A stretch of DNA of 64,000 bases from Saprospiraceae bacterium. GTDB taxonomy: Bacteria; Bacteroidota; Bacteroidia; Chitinophagales; Saprospiraceae. Location of the stretch: NCBI GenBank assembly GCA_049306275.1, contig JBAQQB010000197.1, positions 58,601 to 122,600 of the forward strand, written 5' to 3'. Each line of letters opens with the position of its first letter. Within the stretch, counting starts at the first letter, position 1. Of this stretch, positions 28,004 through 37,489 are shown piece by piece. Under the pieces are notes generated by a model, which saw only the letters and a program-made list of their open reading frames with translations, was not told the origin of the DNA and searched no databases. The position numbers and the translations under genes are program-made.

Positions 28004-30997
28004 ATGAACAGACTGTACCTTTTCCCTTTGGCTGTCCTGCTTCTCTGGGCAGCCAATGGCGGCGTTTTCGCTCAGGAAACCTTTCCCTACAACGGGGTTT
28101 CCGACCAGCGCGAAGGGCTGTATGCCTTCACCGGCGCTACCATCTACACCACTTACAACCAGCAGCTGAATAACGCTACCCTGGTGATCCGCGATGGCAA
28201 AGTGGAAGCTGTCGGCACGGGTATCCCGGTTCCAGCCGGCGCCGTGGAGGTTCCCTGCGGCGGGAAAACGATCTACCCCTCCTTCATCGACCTCTACACG
28301 GATTACGGACTACCGGAACTGAAAACGGAAGGGCAGCCGGGCGGCCGCCGCACGCAGCTGCTATCAGATAAAAAGGGAGCCTATTCCTGGAACCAGGCGC
28401 TCAGGTCCGAGTTTCAGGCGTATGAAGTTTTTGCCCCGAACGAAAAAGCAGCCGAAGAACTACGCAAGACGGGCTTCGGCGCGGTGCTTTCCCACCAGAT
28501 GGACGGTATCTCCAGGGGCTCGGGCGCCTTGGTATTTACGGGAAATGACAACGCTCATACCCAGATCCTGACAGAAAAAGCTGCTCACCACCTATCCTTC
28601 AGCAAGGGGCGCTCTACCCAAAACTACCCCAGCTCGCTCATGGGCAGCATCGCCCTGCTGCGACAGACTTATTACGACGGGAAATGGTATGCCGCCCAGG
28701 GCCGCCAGGAAGAGGTCAACCTCTCCCTGCAGGCCTGGAACGAGCTGCAGTCCCTGCCCCAGGTATTCGAAGTGGGCGATGCGCTGGATGCGCTGCGGGC
28801 CGGCAAACTGGGCAAGGAATTCGGCGTGCAGTACATCCTCCGGGATGGCGGAAAGGCCTATCAGCGGCTCGACGAGATTAAAAAAACGGGCTCCCCGCTC
28901 ATCGTGCCCCTCAACTTCCCCGAAGCCTACGACGTGGAAGATCCCTTCGACGCCCTGCGCGTCGACCTGGCCGATATGAAGCATTGGGAACTGGCGCCCT
29001 CCAACCCCGCTCGGATCGCAGCCGCCGGCATTCCCTTCGCCCTCACGACGCATGGCCTGAAGAACAAGTCCGACTTCCGGGCAGCCCTCCGCAAGGCCAT
29101 CAAACACGGCCTATCGGAAGAAGATGCACTCAAAGCTCTGACCTACACCCCCGCCAATTTATTGGGAGCCTACGACCGGATCGGCAGCCTGGAGAAAGGC
29201 AAAGCCGCCAGCTTCCTCATCGCTTCGGGCAACATTTTCGAAGAAAATGAAGTGATCTACCAGCATTGGGTCAAAGGCCAGCCCTTCGTCCTCCAATCGA
29301 TGGAAACCCCGGAGTGGCTGGGCGAATTTGATTTGGAGGCCGGCGATCTGAAAATGCGCTGGGTTGTATCCAATGACATTTACAAACCCGATATGAAGCT
29401 GCTGGTGAATGACACCACCGAACTCAAGGTCAATTACAAATACGAGCAGGGCATCCTCACCCTGACTTTCGCCCGCGAAGAAGGAAAAGGCTTGGTGCGG
29501 CTGAGTGGCACGGGTTCCTCAAAAGGCTGGTTGGGTCGCGGGCAGCTGGAAGACGGAACCTGGGTGGACTGGAGGGCGACTCCTCCCGCAGAACAGCAAT
29601 TCAGCCTGAAGGGGAAAGGAGTGTATCAGGAAATGCCGGAAGTAATTGGCGAAGTGACCTATCCCTTCATGGCCTACGGCTGGACGAACCGGCCTCAGGC
29701 GGAGTCCATACTCATCCGCAATGCCACCGTCTGGACCAATGAAGCGGCTGGCATACAGGAAAAGACCGATATCCTGATCGAAAACGGCAAAATCGCCCAG
29801 GTGAGCCAGAACCTGCCCTTGAAAAGGGGCGTTTGGGAAATCGACGCCACCGGTAAGCACGTCACGCCCGGCATTATCGACGAGCACTCGCACATCGCCA
29901 TTACCCGCGGCGTCAATGAAGGCACGCAGGCCAGCTCGGCGGAGGTGCGCATCGGCGACGTGGTCAACTCGGAAGATATCAACATTTACCGGCAATTGTC
30001 GGGCGGGGTCACCATCTCCCAACTCCTGCATGGCTCAGCCAACCCCATCGGCGGGCAATCGGCCATCATCAAACTGCGCTGGGGCTTTACGCCGGAGGAA
30101 ATGATCTTCGACGCGGCGGCCCCCTTCATCAAATTCGCGCTCGGGGAAAACGTGAAGCAGAGCAACTCCAGCGACCCCAACCCCGTGCGCTACCCGCAGA
30201 CGCGCATGGGCGTGGAGCAGATCTACGAAGACTATTTCACCCGCGCCCGCGAATACGGCGCCCTGAAAAAGTCGGGCAAACCCTACCGGGTCGACCTGGA
30301 ACTGGAAGCCCTGCTCGAAATCCTGGAGAGCAAGCGCTTCATCACCTGCCACTCCTACGTGCAGAGCGAGATCAACATGCTCATGAAGGTGGCCGAGCGC
30401 CATGGTTTCCGCGTCAACACCTTCACGCACATTCTGGAAGGATACAAGGTGGCCGACAAAATGGCCAAACACGGCGCCGGCGGTTCCAGCTTTTCCGATT
30501 GGTGGGCCTACAAGTTCGAGGTGTACGAAGCCATTCCGCAAAACGGCGCCATCATGCACGAGCAAGGCGTGACCGTAGCTTTCAACTCCGACGACGCCGA
30601 AATGGCCCGGCGCCTCAACCAGGAAGCGGCCAAGGCCGTGAAATACGGCGGGGTGCCGGAAGAAGAAGCCCTGAAATTCGTGACCCTCAACCCCGCCAAA
30701 CTCCTGCACATCGATCACCGCGTGGGCAGCATCAAGCCCGGGAAAGACGCCGACCTCGTCATCTGGTCCGGCCACCCGCTTTCGGTCTATGCCAAAGCGG
30801 AAAAGACCTTCATCGATGGCATCAAGTTTTTCGACATTGAGGAAGATGCGGCGATGCGGGAGGCCGTGGAGCAAGAGCGAGCCCGGCTCGTGCAAAAAAT
30901 GCTGGCAGAAAAGAAAAAGGGCGGAAAGACACAACCAGGGACAGGACGCTACCGGCATTTGTACCATTGTGATCATGTGGAGGACGAGGGCAGGTAG
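28004..30997 (+). CDS. Large amidohydrolase-family protein (two amidohydrolase-like modules)
   Basis: 997 aa with signal peptide. C-terminal module has canonical GKHVTPGIIDEHSHIA. The N-terminal module has a degenerate site, GKTIYPSFIDLYTDYG. Confidence 0.85.
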   Translation: MNRLYLFPLAVLLLWAANGGVFAQETFPYNGVSDQREGLYAFTGATIYTTYNQQLNNATLVIRDGKVEAVGTGIPVPAGAVEVPCGGKTIYPSFIDLYTDYGLPELKTEGQPGGRRTQLLSDKKGAYSWNQALRSEFQAYEVFAPNEKAAEELRKTGFGAVLSHQMDGISRGSGALVFTGNDNAHTQILTEKAAHHLSFSKGRSTQNYPSSLMGSIALLRQTYYDGKWYAAQGRQEEVNLSLQAWNELQSLPQVFEVGDALDALRAGKLGKEFGVQYILRDGGKAYQRLDEIKKTGSPLIVPLNFPEAYDVEDPFDALRVDLADMKHWELAPSNPARIAAAGIPFALTTHGLKNKSDFRAALRKAIKHGLSEEDALKALTYTPANLLGAYDRIGSLEKGKAASFLIASGNIFEENEVIYQHWVKGQPFVLQSMETPEWLGEFDLEAGDLKMRWVVSNDIYKPDMKLLVNDTTELKVNYKYEQGILTLTFAREEGKGLVRLSGTGSSKGWLGRGQLEDGTWVDWRATPPAEQQFSLKGKGVYQEMPEVIGEVTYPFMAYGWTNRPQAESILIRNATVWTNEAAGIQEKTDILIENGKIAQVSQNLPLKRGVWEIDATGKHVTPGIIDEHSHIAITRGVNEGTQASSAEVRIGDVVNSEDINIYRQLSGGVTISQLLHGSANPIGGQSAIIKLRWGFTPEEMIFDAAAPFIKFALGENVKQSNSSDPNPVRYPQTRMGVEQIYEDYFTRAREYGALKKSGKPYRVDLELEALLEILESKRFITCHSYVQSEINMLMKVAERHGFRVNTFTHILEGYKVADKMAKHGAGGSSFSDWWAYKFEVYEAIPQNGAIMHEQGVTVAFNSDDAEMARRLNQEAAKAVKYGGVPEEEALKFVTLNPAKLLHIDHRVGSIKPGKDADLVIWSGHPLSVYAKAEKTFIDGIKFFDIEEDAAMREAVEQERARLVQKMLAEKKKGGKTQPGTGRYRHLYHCDHVEDEGR

Positions 30998-30999
30998 TT

Positions 31000-31024
31000 T
31001 TCAGTTTTTAATGTTCAGTTTTTA
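31000..31024 (+). repeat. Two direct copies of TTCAGTTTTTA between the two amidohydrolase genes
   Basis: 31000-31010 and 31014-31024 are identical 11-mers. Their reverse complement (AAAACTGAA) matches the CTGAA words at 44087-44114. Confidence 0.75.
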
Positions 31025-31041
31025 GTTATAATTATTTGATT

Positions 31042-32322
31042 ATGAGATTTTTTAATATAGTAGTCCTGGTTTTTCTTCTGGCATTTTCAGCGCATGCGCA
31101 GCTGACGGTGCCGGCGCCGGCGCAGAAGGAGGCGGTGGTGATCGTACATGCCAATGCGCATTTGGGGAATGGGCAGGTCATTGTAGACGCGGCGGTGGCT
31201 TTCGACAAGGGCGTGATCACCTTTGTGGGGGCGTTCAGGGATTGGCCGGGGTATGACAGCTATGCGGTGGTAGATGCTACGGGAAAACAACTCTACCCCG
31301 GTTTTATCGCGACCAATTCGACCTTGGGCCTCAATGAGATCAGCGCGGTGCGCGCTACGCTCGACGAGCGTGAGGTCGGCGAGCTGAACCCCAACGTGCG
31401 GGCGCTGATCGCCTATAACACCGATTCGGAGATCATCAATACGGTGCGTTCCAACGGTGTGCTGATGGCGCAGATCGTGCCACAGGGCGGTCCGGTGGCC
31501 GGGCAGTCGAGCGTCGTGCAACTCGATGCCTGGAACTGGGAGGATGCCGCTTACCTGATCGACGGGGGCGTACACATTTACTGGCCCCGTTCTACGAGGT
31601 TCAGTTTCCGGGAATTCCGCATGGAGGCCAATGAGCGCTATGCGGAAGAACTGAGGCAGCTGGAGCAGTTGCTGAAAGAGGCAGAGGCCTATTCCCGCCT
31701 GGAAAAGCACGACCCTGTGAACCTGAAGCTGGAATCCATGCGAGGCCTGTTCACCGGAGAAAAAAAGCTGTTTGTGCACGCCAACGAGGCCAAGGACATG
31801 CAGCGGGCCGTGCTGATGGGTGAAACCTATGGGGTGAAAACCGTCATCGTAGGCGGCCGGGATGCCTGGATGATAACCGGATTTCTCCGCGACAAAAAGA
31901 CCCCGGTGATATTCCAGCAGACGCAGAGTTTGCCCGGCTATGAAGACGAGGCGGTCGACCAGCCCTTCCGCACGCCTGCCTTGCTAAAAGAAGCCGGCGT
32001 ACTTTTCTGCCTGAGCGGGGAGAGCAGCTGGCAGCAGCGCAACCTGCCCTTCCAGGCCGGACAGGCGGTAGGCCATGGTCTCGCCCCGGAAGCGGCCGTG
32101 CAGGCCATTACCCTGGATGCGGCGCGCATTTTGGGCATAGACAAGACGACGGGGTCGATTGAAAAAGGCAAGGACGCCACCCTGTTCATCTCCTCCGGCG
32201 ATGCCCTCGACATGCGCAGCTCTCTGGTGGAACGGGCATTCATCCAGGGCCGCGAGATCGATCTGGACGACAAGCACAAGGCCCTTTACCGGAAGTACCA
32301 GGAAAAATACCGAAATTTTTAA
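31042..32322 (+). CDS. Amidohydrolase-family protein with degenerate metal site
   Basis: Start at ATG 31042 (MRFFNIVVLVFLLAFSAHAQ signal). GKQLYPGFIATNSTLG occupies the place of GFIDxHxH. Confidence 0.8.
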   Translation: MRFFNIVVLVFLLAFSAHAQLTVPAPAQKEAVVIVHANAHLGNGQVIVDAAVAFDKGVITFVGAFRDWPGYDSYAVVDATGKQLYPGFIATNSTLGLNEISAVRATLDEREVGELNPNVRALIAYNTDSEIINTVRSNGVLMAQIVPQGGPVAGQSSVVQLDAWNWEDAAYLIDGGVHIYWPRSTRFSFREFRMEANERYAEELRQLEQLLKEAEAYSRLEKHDPVNLKLESMRGLFTGEKKLFVHANEAKDMQRAVLMGETYGVKTVIVGGRDAWMITGFLRDKKTPVIFQQTQSLPGYEDEAVDQPFRTPALLKEAGVLFCLSGESSWQQRNLPFQAGQAVGHGLAPEAAVQAITLDAARILGIDKTTGSIEKGKDATLFISSGDALDMRSSLVERAFIQGREIDLDDKHKALYRKYQEKYRNF

Positions 32323-32375
32323 CGAGACTTTAAGCAACTTCCCGGGGCTGTTTTGCGTACAAAGGAGGAATTGAA

Positions 32376-32999
32376 ATGCATCATATGAAAAGTTATTTGC
32401 TGGTTATTGCGGGTTTGTTGGTTGCGGCGGGCATGAATGCCCAGGGAGGCGCACCGAAAGAACGGCGGCAGACCGTCGTGATAGAGGGGAATATTCTGGA
32501 ACAGATCATAACGGAAAAAGGAGATACGCTCCTGATCGCCAATCTAGACGACATTTCCGTATCCTCTCCCCGGTCGTTTAAAAACCGGGATGAATACCTG
32601 CTCTACATGAAATACCGGCGCTATGCGCTGATCGTATACCCCTACGCCAAGGAGGCCATCCGCATTTTCCGGGAAACCGAGCGGGCCACCAATGAAATGA
32701 AGGAGCGGGAGCGCAAGCGCTACATCCGCAAGCTGCAGCGCGAGCTGGAGACGGAATTTGAGGAACCGCTCAAAAACCTCACCCGTACCCAGGGGTACGT
32801 TCTGGTAAAAATGGTGGAGCGCGAGCTCGACACCAATATGTACGAACTGATTAAAAGCCTCAGGGGCAGCGTTACGGCCTCTTATTGGGGTACGTTCAGC
32901 CGGTTTTACGGTTTCCGCTTGAAGGACGGCTATGTGGTTGGAAACGACCCCATTCTCGATGTGGTGTTACAGGATTTCGACATTTCCTACAAGTTTTAG
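32376..32999 (+). CDS. DUF4294-like protein
   Basis: 207 aa with signal peptide. VYPYAKEA...LKNLTRTQGYVLVKMVERELDTNMYELIKSLRG pattern recalled from DUF4294. Confidence 0.6.
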   Translation: MHHMKSYLLVIAGLLVAAGMNAQGGAPKERRQTVVIEGNILEQIITEKGDTLLIANLDDISVSSPRSFKNRDEYLLYMKYRRYALIVYPYAKEAIRIFRETERATNEMKERERKRYIRKLQRELETEFEEPLKNLTRTQGYVLVKMVERELDTNMYELIKSLRGSVTASYWGTFSRFYGFRLKDGYVVGNDPILDVVLQDFDISYKF

Positions 33000-33035
33000 A
33001 CAGGATTTGCAGGATGAATAACGAAAAGACAGGAT
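33000..33035 (+). repeat. Stuttered (A/G)CAGGAT words in the DUF4294|DinB spacer
   Basis: ACAGGAT at 33000, GCAGGAT at 33009 and ACAGGAT at 33029. GATTTGCA recurs at 33003 and 33040. Confidence 0.6.
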
Positions 33036-33036
33036 A

Positions 33037-33894
33037 ATGAGATTTGCACGCCCCGCGCCGAATGAATATGCCCCATACTACCAGCCTTACATCGACAAGG
33101 TTCCCGACGGGGATATCCTGCGGATGCTCCATTTGCAGAAGATCGCCTTTTCGGAGTTCCTCGCTGCCGTTCCCGATGACAAGTGGGCCTATCGCTATGC
33201 TCCCGGCAAGTTTTCATTAGCGGAGGTGCTATCCCATGTCATCGACGCAGAGCGGATATTCGCCTATCGGGCGCTGCGTTTTGCCCGCAACGACCGCACG
33301 GGGCTGCCCGGATTCGATCAGGACGATTATGCGCCATACAGCGGCGCAGATCGGCGCAGCAAGGCTTCCATAGAGACAGAATACCTCACGGTGCGCAATG
33401 CCAGCATTGAGTTGTTTCGCACTTTTGACGCCGGCTCCTGGAGCCGGGTGGGGATAGCCAATAACTTCGAAATGTCGGTCAGGGCGGTACCCTATGTGAT
33501 CATAGGCCACGAGTTGCACCACCTGCAAATTTTAAGGGAGCGCTATATCAAAGGAGCGAGTGCGAAGGCCCCGGAGCTTCCCTGGCGTTTTTCCATGGCC
33601 CGGGCTGTTCAGGCGCTGGAACAGCACCCCTCAGGCGCGCCTTTCGTGCAGCTCATGAATGAGCAACAATTTACGGTGGAGTGGTATGCGCCCCAGGGAA
33701 CAGACGCTCAGACCCCACATTTGGAAGACGAGCTCTACATCGTGGCAAGCGGTAGCGGCATTTTTCAAAACGGCGGGCAGACCGTGCCTTTTTCGGCCGG
33801 CGATGTTTTATTTGTGCCAGCAGGCCAGGAGCATCGTTTCGTTGAGTTTACCGACGACTTTGCAACTTGGGTGGTATTTTTCAAGCAGGATTAG
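33037..33894 (+). CDS. DinB-family domain fused to a C-terminal cupin domain
   Basis: 285 aa. DinB_2-like N-terminal half (LSHVIDAERIFAYR...IIGHELHHLQIL) and cupin-like C-terminus (GDVLFVPAGQEHRFVEF). Confidence 0.7.
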   Translation: MRFARPAPNEYAPYYQPYIDKVPDGDILRMLHLQKIAFSEFLAAVPDDKWAYRYAPGKFSLAEVLSHVIDAERIFAYRALRFARNDRTGLPGFDQDDYAPYSGADRRSKASIETEYLTVRNASIELFRTFDAGSWSRVGIANNFEMSVRAVPYVIIGHELHHLQILRERYIKGASAKAPELPWRFSMARAVQALEQHPSGAPFVQLMNEQQFTVEWYAPQGTDAQTPHLEDELYIVASGSGIFQNGGQTVPFSAGDVLFVPAGQEHRFVEFTDDFATWVVFFKQD

Positions 33895-33901
33895 AAGATA
33901 C

Positions 33902-34393
33902 TCATTTCAACTCCCGCAGGTACCAGGCATCGCAGCCTCCGTGGCCGGTAGCGCCGAGGGCGCCATTGAGGGGGAAGAATCCCATTTTCTGATAAAGGGC
34001 GTTGGCCGCCTGCATGGAGCAGAGGGTTTCGAGATAGCATTGGGTATAGCCTGCATGACGGGCTTCTTCCAGTACCAGGTTCACGAGTTTTTTGCCCATT
34101 CCGTTTCCGCGCAGTTCGGGGAGGAAGTACATTTTTTTCAGTTCGCAGATATGGGCTTCGCCGCCGGCGAGGGGGCCGAAGCCCCCGCAGCCCAGCAGGC
34201 GGCCGCCTTTTTCGACGACGTACATGGCGTGCCGGGGGGCTCGGTAGGCTTCGTACATGTGATCCACTTCGGGGTCCATGATGGAAAAACCATGTCCCAC
34301 TGCGCCGAACTCCGTCATGACCGTCCGGATGATGCGGGCGACCTGCTCGTTATCGGAGGGCTGGATGGGACGGAGGAGGAACTCACTACGCAT
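33902..34393 (-). CDS. GNAT family N-acetyltransferase
   Basis: 163 aa with acetyl-CoA motif LPELRGNGMGKKLV. Confidence 0.85.
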   Translation of the reverse strand: MRSEFLLRPIQPSDNEQVARIIRTVMTEFGAVGHGFSIMDPEVDHMYEAYRAPRHAMYVVEKGGRLLGCGGFGPLAGGEAHICELKKMYFLPELRGNGMGKKLVNLVLEEARHAGYTQCYLETLCSMQAANALYQKMGFFPLNGALGATGHGGCDAWYLRELK

Positions 34394-35207
34394 GGGCGGG
34401 GTCTTGTTGGAAAATTTCGGAAAAAGCGGCGTAAAGATCGGGCCTTACAGCTTTGAACCTTGCCGGGTGAGTAAAGAAATAGGCGATACAGACCGGCAGG
34501 GCGGGTAGTTCGGGCAGGCCCATATACTTCAAAAGACGGTCTTTCTCCACCCCGCTGATCTGGCGGATGTCTTCCCAGACCTGGGGTCCTGGTTCCGGCC
34601 AGGGCTTGCCGGGGTATTTGTGGATAAAGGCCTGTGCCAATTCATGCAAGCCCGTCGGGTAGTACTGTGCGGGTTGCAAAAAGCCCTTTAGCAGGTGCGG
34701 GACGCTGAACAGCAGTACGCCGTCTTCTTCGAAGGTTTCGGAAATATGCCATTGTGGGTACTGGGGAGAAGGAAAGGGGCCTGCATAGAGCACCACGTTT
34801 TCGAATGGCTCCAGCAGGAACTCGTCGTAAGCAAGGGAAAGCTGCACCGCGTGGTAGCTGACGGCGGCCTTGACGTCTTCGGGTACCGTTTCCATGGCCT
34901 GGGGTTTGAAGTCGGTAGCGAGGGCGAAGAGCGCCATCCTTTCGCGGAAGCGGTTTTTCTGTTCGGCGCTCAGGTTGTTGTAATAAGCGCTGCGGGTATT
35001 GAGGATCTGCCGGATGGCGGGATCGATTTCCGGCGGGTTGCGGCGATGCCACCACCAGTCGATTTGCGGCCCCAGGGAGTAGAGCACTGCGATGAGCACG
35101 ATGGGAGGAACGATGTAAATGGCGTATTTTTCATCCACCTCCCAGGTCATGTAGAGGAAGACAAGAGCAACGATCAACAGGGGAACAGCGAGCCATCTCC
35201 AGAACAT
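34386..35207 (-). CDS. Membrane-anchored MtfA/M90-like putative peptidase with variant zinc motif
   Basis: Start at ATG 35207 (MFWRWLAVPLLIVAL). YYNNLSAEQKNRFRERMALF...AVQLS...GLHELAQAFIH resembles M90 proteins but reads HELAQ instead of HExxH. Confidence 0.45.
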   Translation of the reverse strand: MFWRWLAVPLLIVALVFLYMTWEVDEKYAIYIVPPIVLIAVLYSLGPQIDWWWHRRNPPEIDPAIRQILNTRSAYYNNLSAEQKNRFRERMALFALATDFKPQAMETVPEDVKAAVSYHAVQLSLAYDEFLLEPFENVVLYAGPFPSPQYPQWHISETFEEDGVLLFSVPHLLKGFLQPAQYYPTGLHELAQAFIHKYPGKPWPEPGPQVWEDIRQISGVEKDRLLKYMGLPELPALPVCIAYFFTHPARFKAVRPDLYAAFSEIFQQDPAHA

Positions 35208-35312
35208 AATCACATATTTCGTCGAAATGGAAACAATTTGGTACAAAAATCCGTACTTTATGGTAACAAGTTGCATCTGATAAATAGTTTTTCATCGATA
35301 AATAAGCAAGCG

Positions 35313-35633
35313 ATGTCATTCATGCGATTTTTCAAAACGCCGGGCCACCTGCGCTATGAGTACAAGCCGCGGTTTTGGGACCCCGAGAAGGAGGAACTGA
35401 AAGAGCGGATCGACCGGGCGGCAGGAGAGCAGAAAGGAGATGCGGATTCCATGAAGACGCGGATTTCCGAGCACTTTGCCCGCCGGTATACAAGAGGCAG
35501 CGCAGGCAGCGATTACCGGCGTGCGCAGGAGAAGCAGTCAAATTTTCGCCTGCTGATCATTCTGGCAATCATACTTCTGTTGGGCTATTTTTTCCTGATC
35601 GCGCTTCCCGATTTCATTCAATATTTCGAATAA
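35313..35633 (+). CDS. Small membrane protein upstream of mutL (hypothetical)
   Basis: 106 aa from ATG 35313, with C-terminal TM LLIILAIILLLGYFFLIAL. The upstream part of listed ORF 34695.. is antisense to the M90-like gene. Confidence 0.5.
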   Translation: MSFMRFFKTPGHLRYEYKPRFWDPEKEELKERIDRAAGEQKGDADSMKTRISEHFARRYTRGSAGSDYRRAQEKQSNFRLLIILAIILLLGYFFLIALPDFIQYFE

Positions 35634-35651
35634 ACCAAAGGAGGACCATAC

Positions 35652-37487
35652 ATGGCTGATATCATTCAGCTTTTACCTGATTCGATCGCCAATCAGATCG
35701 CCGCGGGGGAAGTCATACAGCGCCCGGCATCTGTGGTGAAGGAATTGGTGGAGAATTCGATCGATGCAGGAGCGACTACTGTCAAATTGATTCTCAAGGA
35801 CGCCGGCAAGACCCTGATTCAGGTAGTCGACGATGGCTGCGGCATGTCGGAGACGGATGCGCGGATGAGTTTTGAGCGGCATGCCACCTCCAAAATCCGG
35901 CAGGCGGCCGATCTTTTCTCGATCCGCACCATGGGTTTCCGGGGAGAAGCGCTGGCCTCGATCGCGGCTATCGCGCAGGTGGAAATGCGCACCCGCAGGC
36001 ACTCCGAGGAGCATGGCACGCGCCTCATCGTGGAAGGATCGGAGATCAAGGTGCAGGAGCCTTTCTCCACCTCGGCAGGTACGAGTATTTCGGTGAAAAA
36101 CCTTTTCTACAACGTGCCCGCCCGCCGCAACTTCCTCAAGAGCAACCCTGTGGAATACCGCCATGTGCTCGACGAGTTCCAGCGCATTGCCATCGCCAAT
36201 CCCGATATTTTCTTCTCCCTTCACCACGATGGGCGGGAGGAGTACCATCTTCCTGGCTCCAACCTCCGGCAGCGCCTGGTGGGCGTATTTGGTGGCAACG
36301 CCAACAAGAAGCTGGTGCCGCTCAATGAGGAGACCGACATCCTGACCTTGTACGGGTTTGTAGGCAAGCCCGAATTCGCCAAGAAAACCAGGGGAGAGCA
36401 GTATTTTTTCGTCAACAAGCGCTACATCAAGAGCAGCTATCTCAACCACGCGGTGGTGATGGCTTATGAGGAGTTGCTGCCGAAGGAAACTTATCCGCTG
36501 TATGCCGTGTTTATCGATATCGACCCGGCGCGCATCGACGTCAACGTGCATCCGACCAAGCAGGAGATCAAGTTCGAGGATGAGCGGCTGGTGTACAACT
36601 ATCTGAAGGTTGCCATACGGCATGCCCTGGGCCGGCACAGCATCACCCCGACGCTCGATTTCGACCAGGAGCCGAGCATTACCAGGGCTTCCGCGATGAA
36701 GCCCAACCTGTTTCCGGAGCACAATCCCCGTCCACCTGCCCCTCCTTCTTCCTCCTCCAATTTGATGAACTGGCAGAAGCTATACCAGGGGCTGGAGCGG
36801 CCCAGGGAAGATGCGCCCCTGCCCCACGGCGCCGAAACAGAACCGGAGGGACCCATCACCATCGAGAGCGCCTGGGCCGGACAGCAGGAGATCGACGATG
36901 GGGCGGGCAGTTTTCAAAAACAACAGCGGGAGCCCTATCAATTGCACACATCCTATATTGTGAGCCCCATCAAGTCGGGATTTTTGCTCATCGACCAGCA
37001 GGCGGCCCATGAGCGCATTTTGTATGAAAAATTCCTGATGGCCTTGGAGGAGGACATCATTCACACGCAGCAGGAGCTTTTTCCGCGCAATATCGAATTG
37101 TCGCCAGCCGATGCGAGCCTGCTCAAGCAGATACTACCGGAGATCCACCAATTGGGCTTCGACATACAGGAATTCGGGCAAACGAGCTTTGTAATCCACG
37201 GCCTGCCTGCCGATTTTCCGCCAGGGCAGGATGAGCAGGCCATCATCGAATCGCTGCTGGAGCAGTTCAAGCAGAATGTGGAGCTCAAGCTGCACCTGCG
37301 CGACAACCTGGCCAGGGTGATGGCCCGCAGCGCCGCCATCAAGCGGGGGCAGCCGCTGACCGTGCAGGAGATGCAGTCGCTCATCGACCAGCTCTTCGCC
37401 TGCGCGGCGCCGTTTCATAGCCCTTCGGGGCGGCAGTGCTTTTTGACTTATTCGCTTGAGGAAATCGAGAAAAAACTATCTTCATAA
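35652..37487 (+). CDS. mutL: DNA mismatch repair protein MutL
   Basis: 611 aa. GHKL ATPase N-terminus LPDSIANQIAAGEVIQRPASVVKELVENSIDAGAT. C-terminal DQQAAHERILYE. Confidence 0.95.
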   Translation: MADIIQLLPDSIANQIAAGEVIQRPASVVKELVENSIDAGATTVKLILKDAGKTLIQVVDDGCGMSETDARMSFERHATSKIRQAADLFSIRTMGFRGEALASIAAIAQVEMRTRRHSEEHGTRLIVEGSEIKVQEPFSTSAGTSISVKNLFYNVPARRNFLKSNPVEYRHVLDEFQRIAIANPDIFFSLHHDGREEYHLPGSNLRQRLVGVFGGNANKKLVPLNEETDILTLYGFVGKPEFAKKTRGEQYFFVNKRYIKSSYLNHAVVMAYEELLPKETYPLYAVFIDIDPARIDVNVHPTKQEIKFEDERLVYNYLKVAIRHALGRHSITPTLDFDQEPSITRASAMKPNLFPEHNPRPPAPPSSSSNLMNWQKLYQGLERPREDAPLPHGAETEPEGPITIESAWAGQQEIDDGAGSFQKQQREPYQLHTSYIVSPIKSGFLLIDQQAAHERILYEKFLMALEEDIIHTQQELFPRNIELSPADASLLKQILPEIHQLGFDIQEFGQTSFVIHGLPADFPPGQDEQAIIESLLEQFKQNVELKLHLRDNLARVMARSAAIKRGQPLTVQEMQSLIDQLFACAAPFHSPSGRQCFLTYSLEEIEKKLSS

Positions 37488-37489
37488 AA

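Noticed and set aside
34695-35312. Upstream 206 codons of ORF 34695..35633
   Set aside because: They are antisense to the M90-like gene. Only the last 106 codons, from ATG 35313 with a C-terminal TM helix, lie in otherwise non-coding DNA.
35673-36722. 349-aa minus-strand ORF
   Set aside because: It is antisense to the MutL ATPase domain, so it is a shadow ORF.
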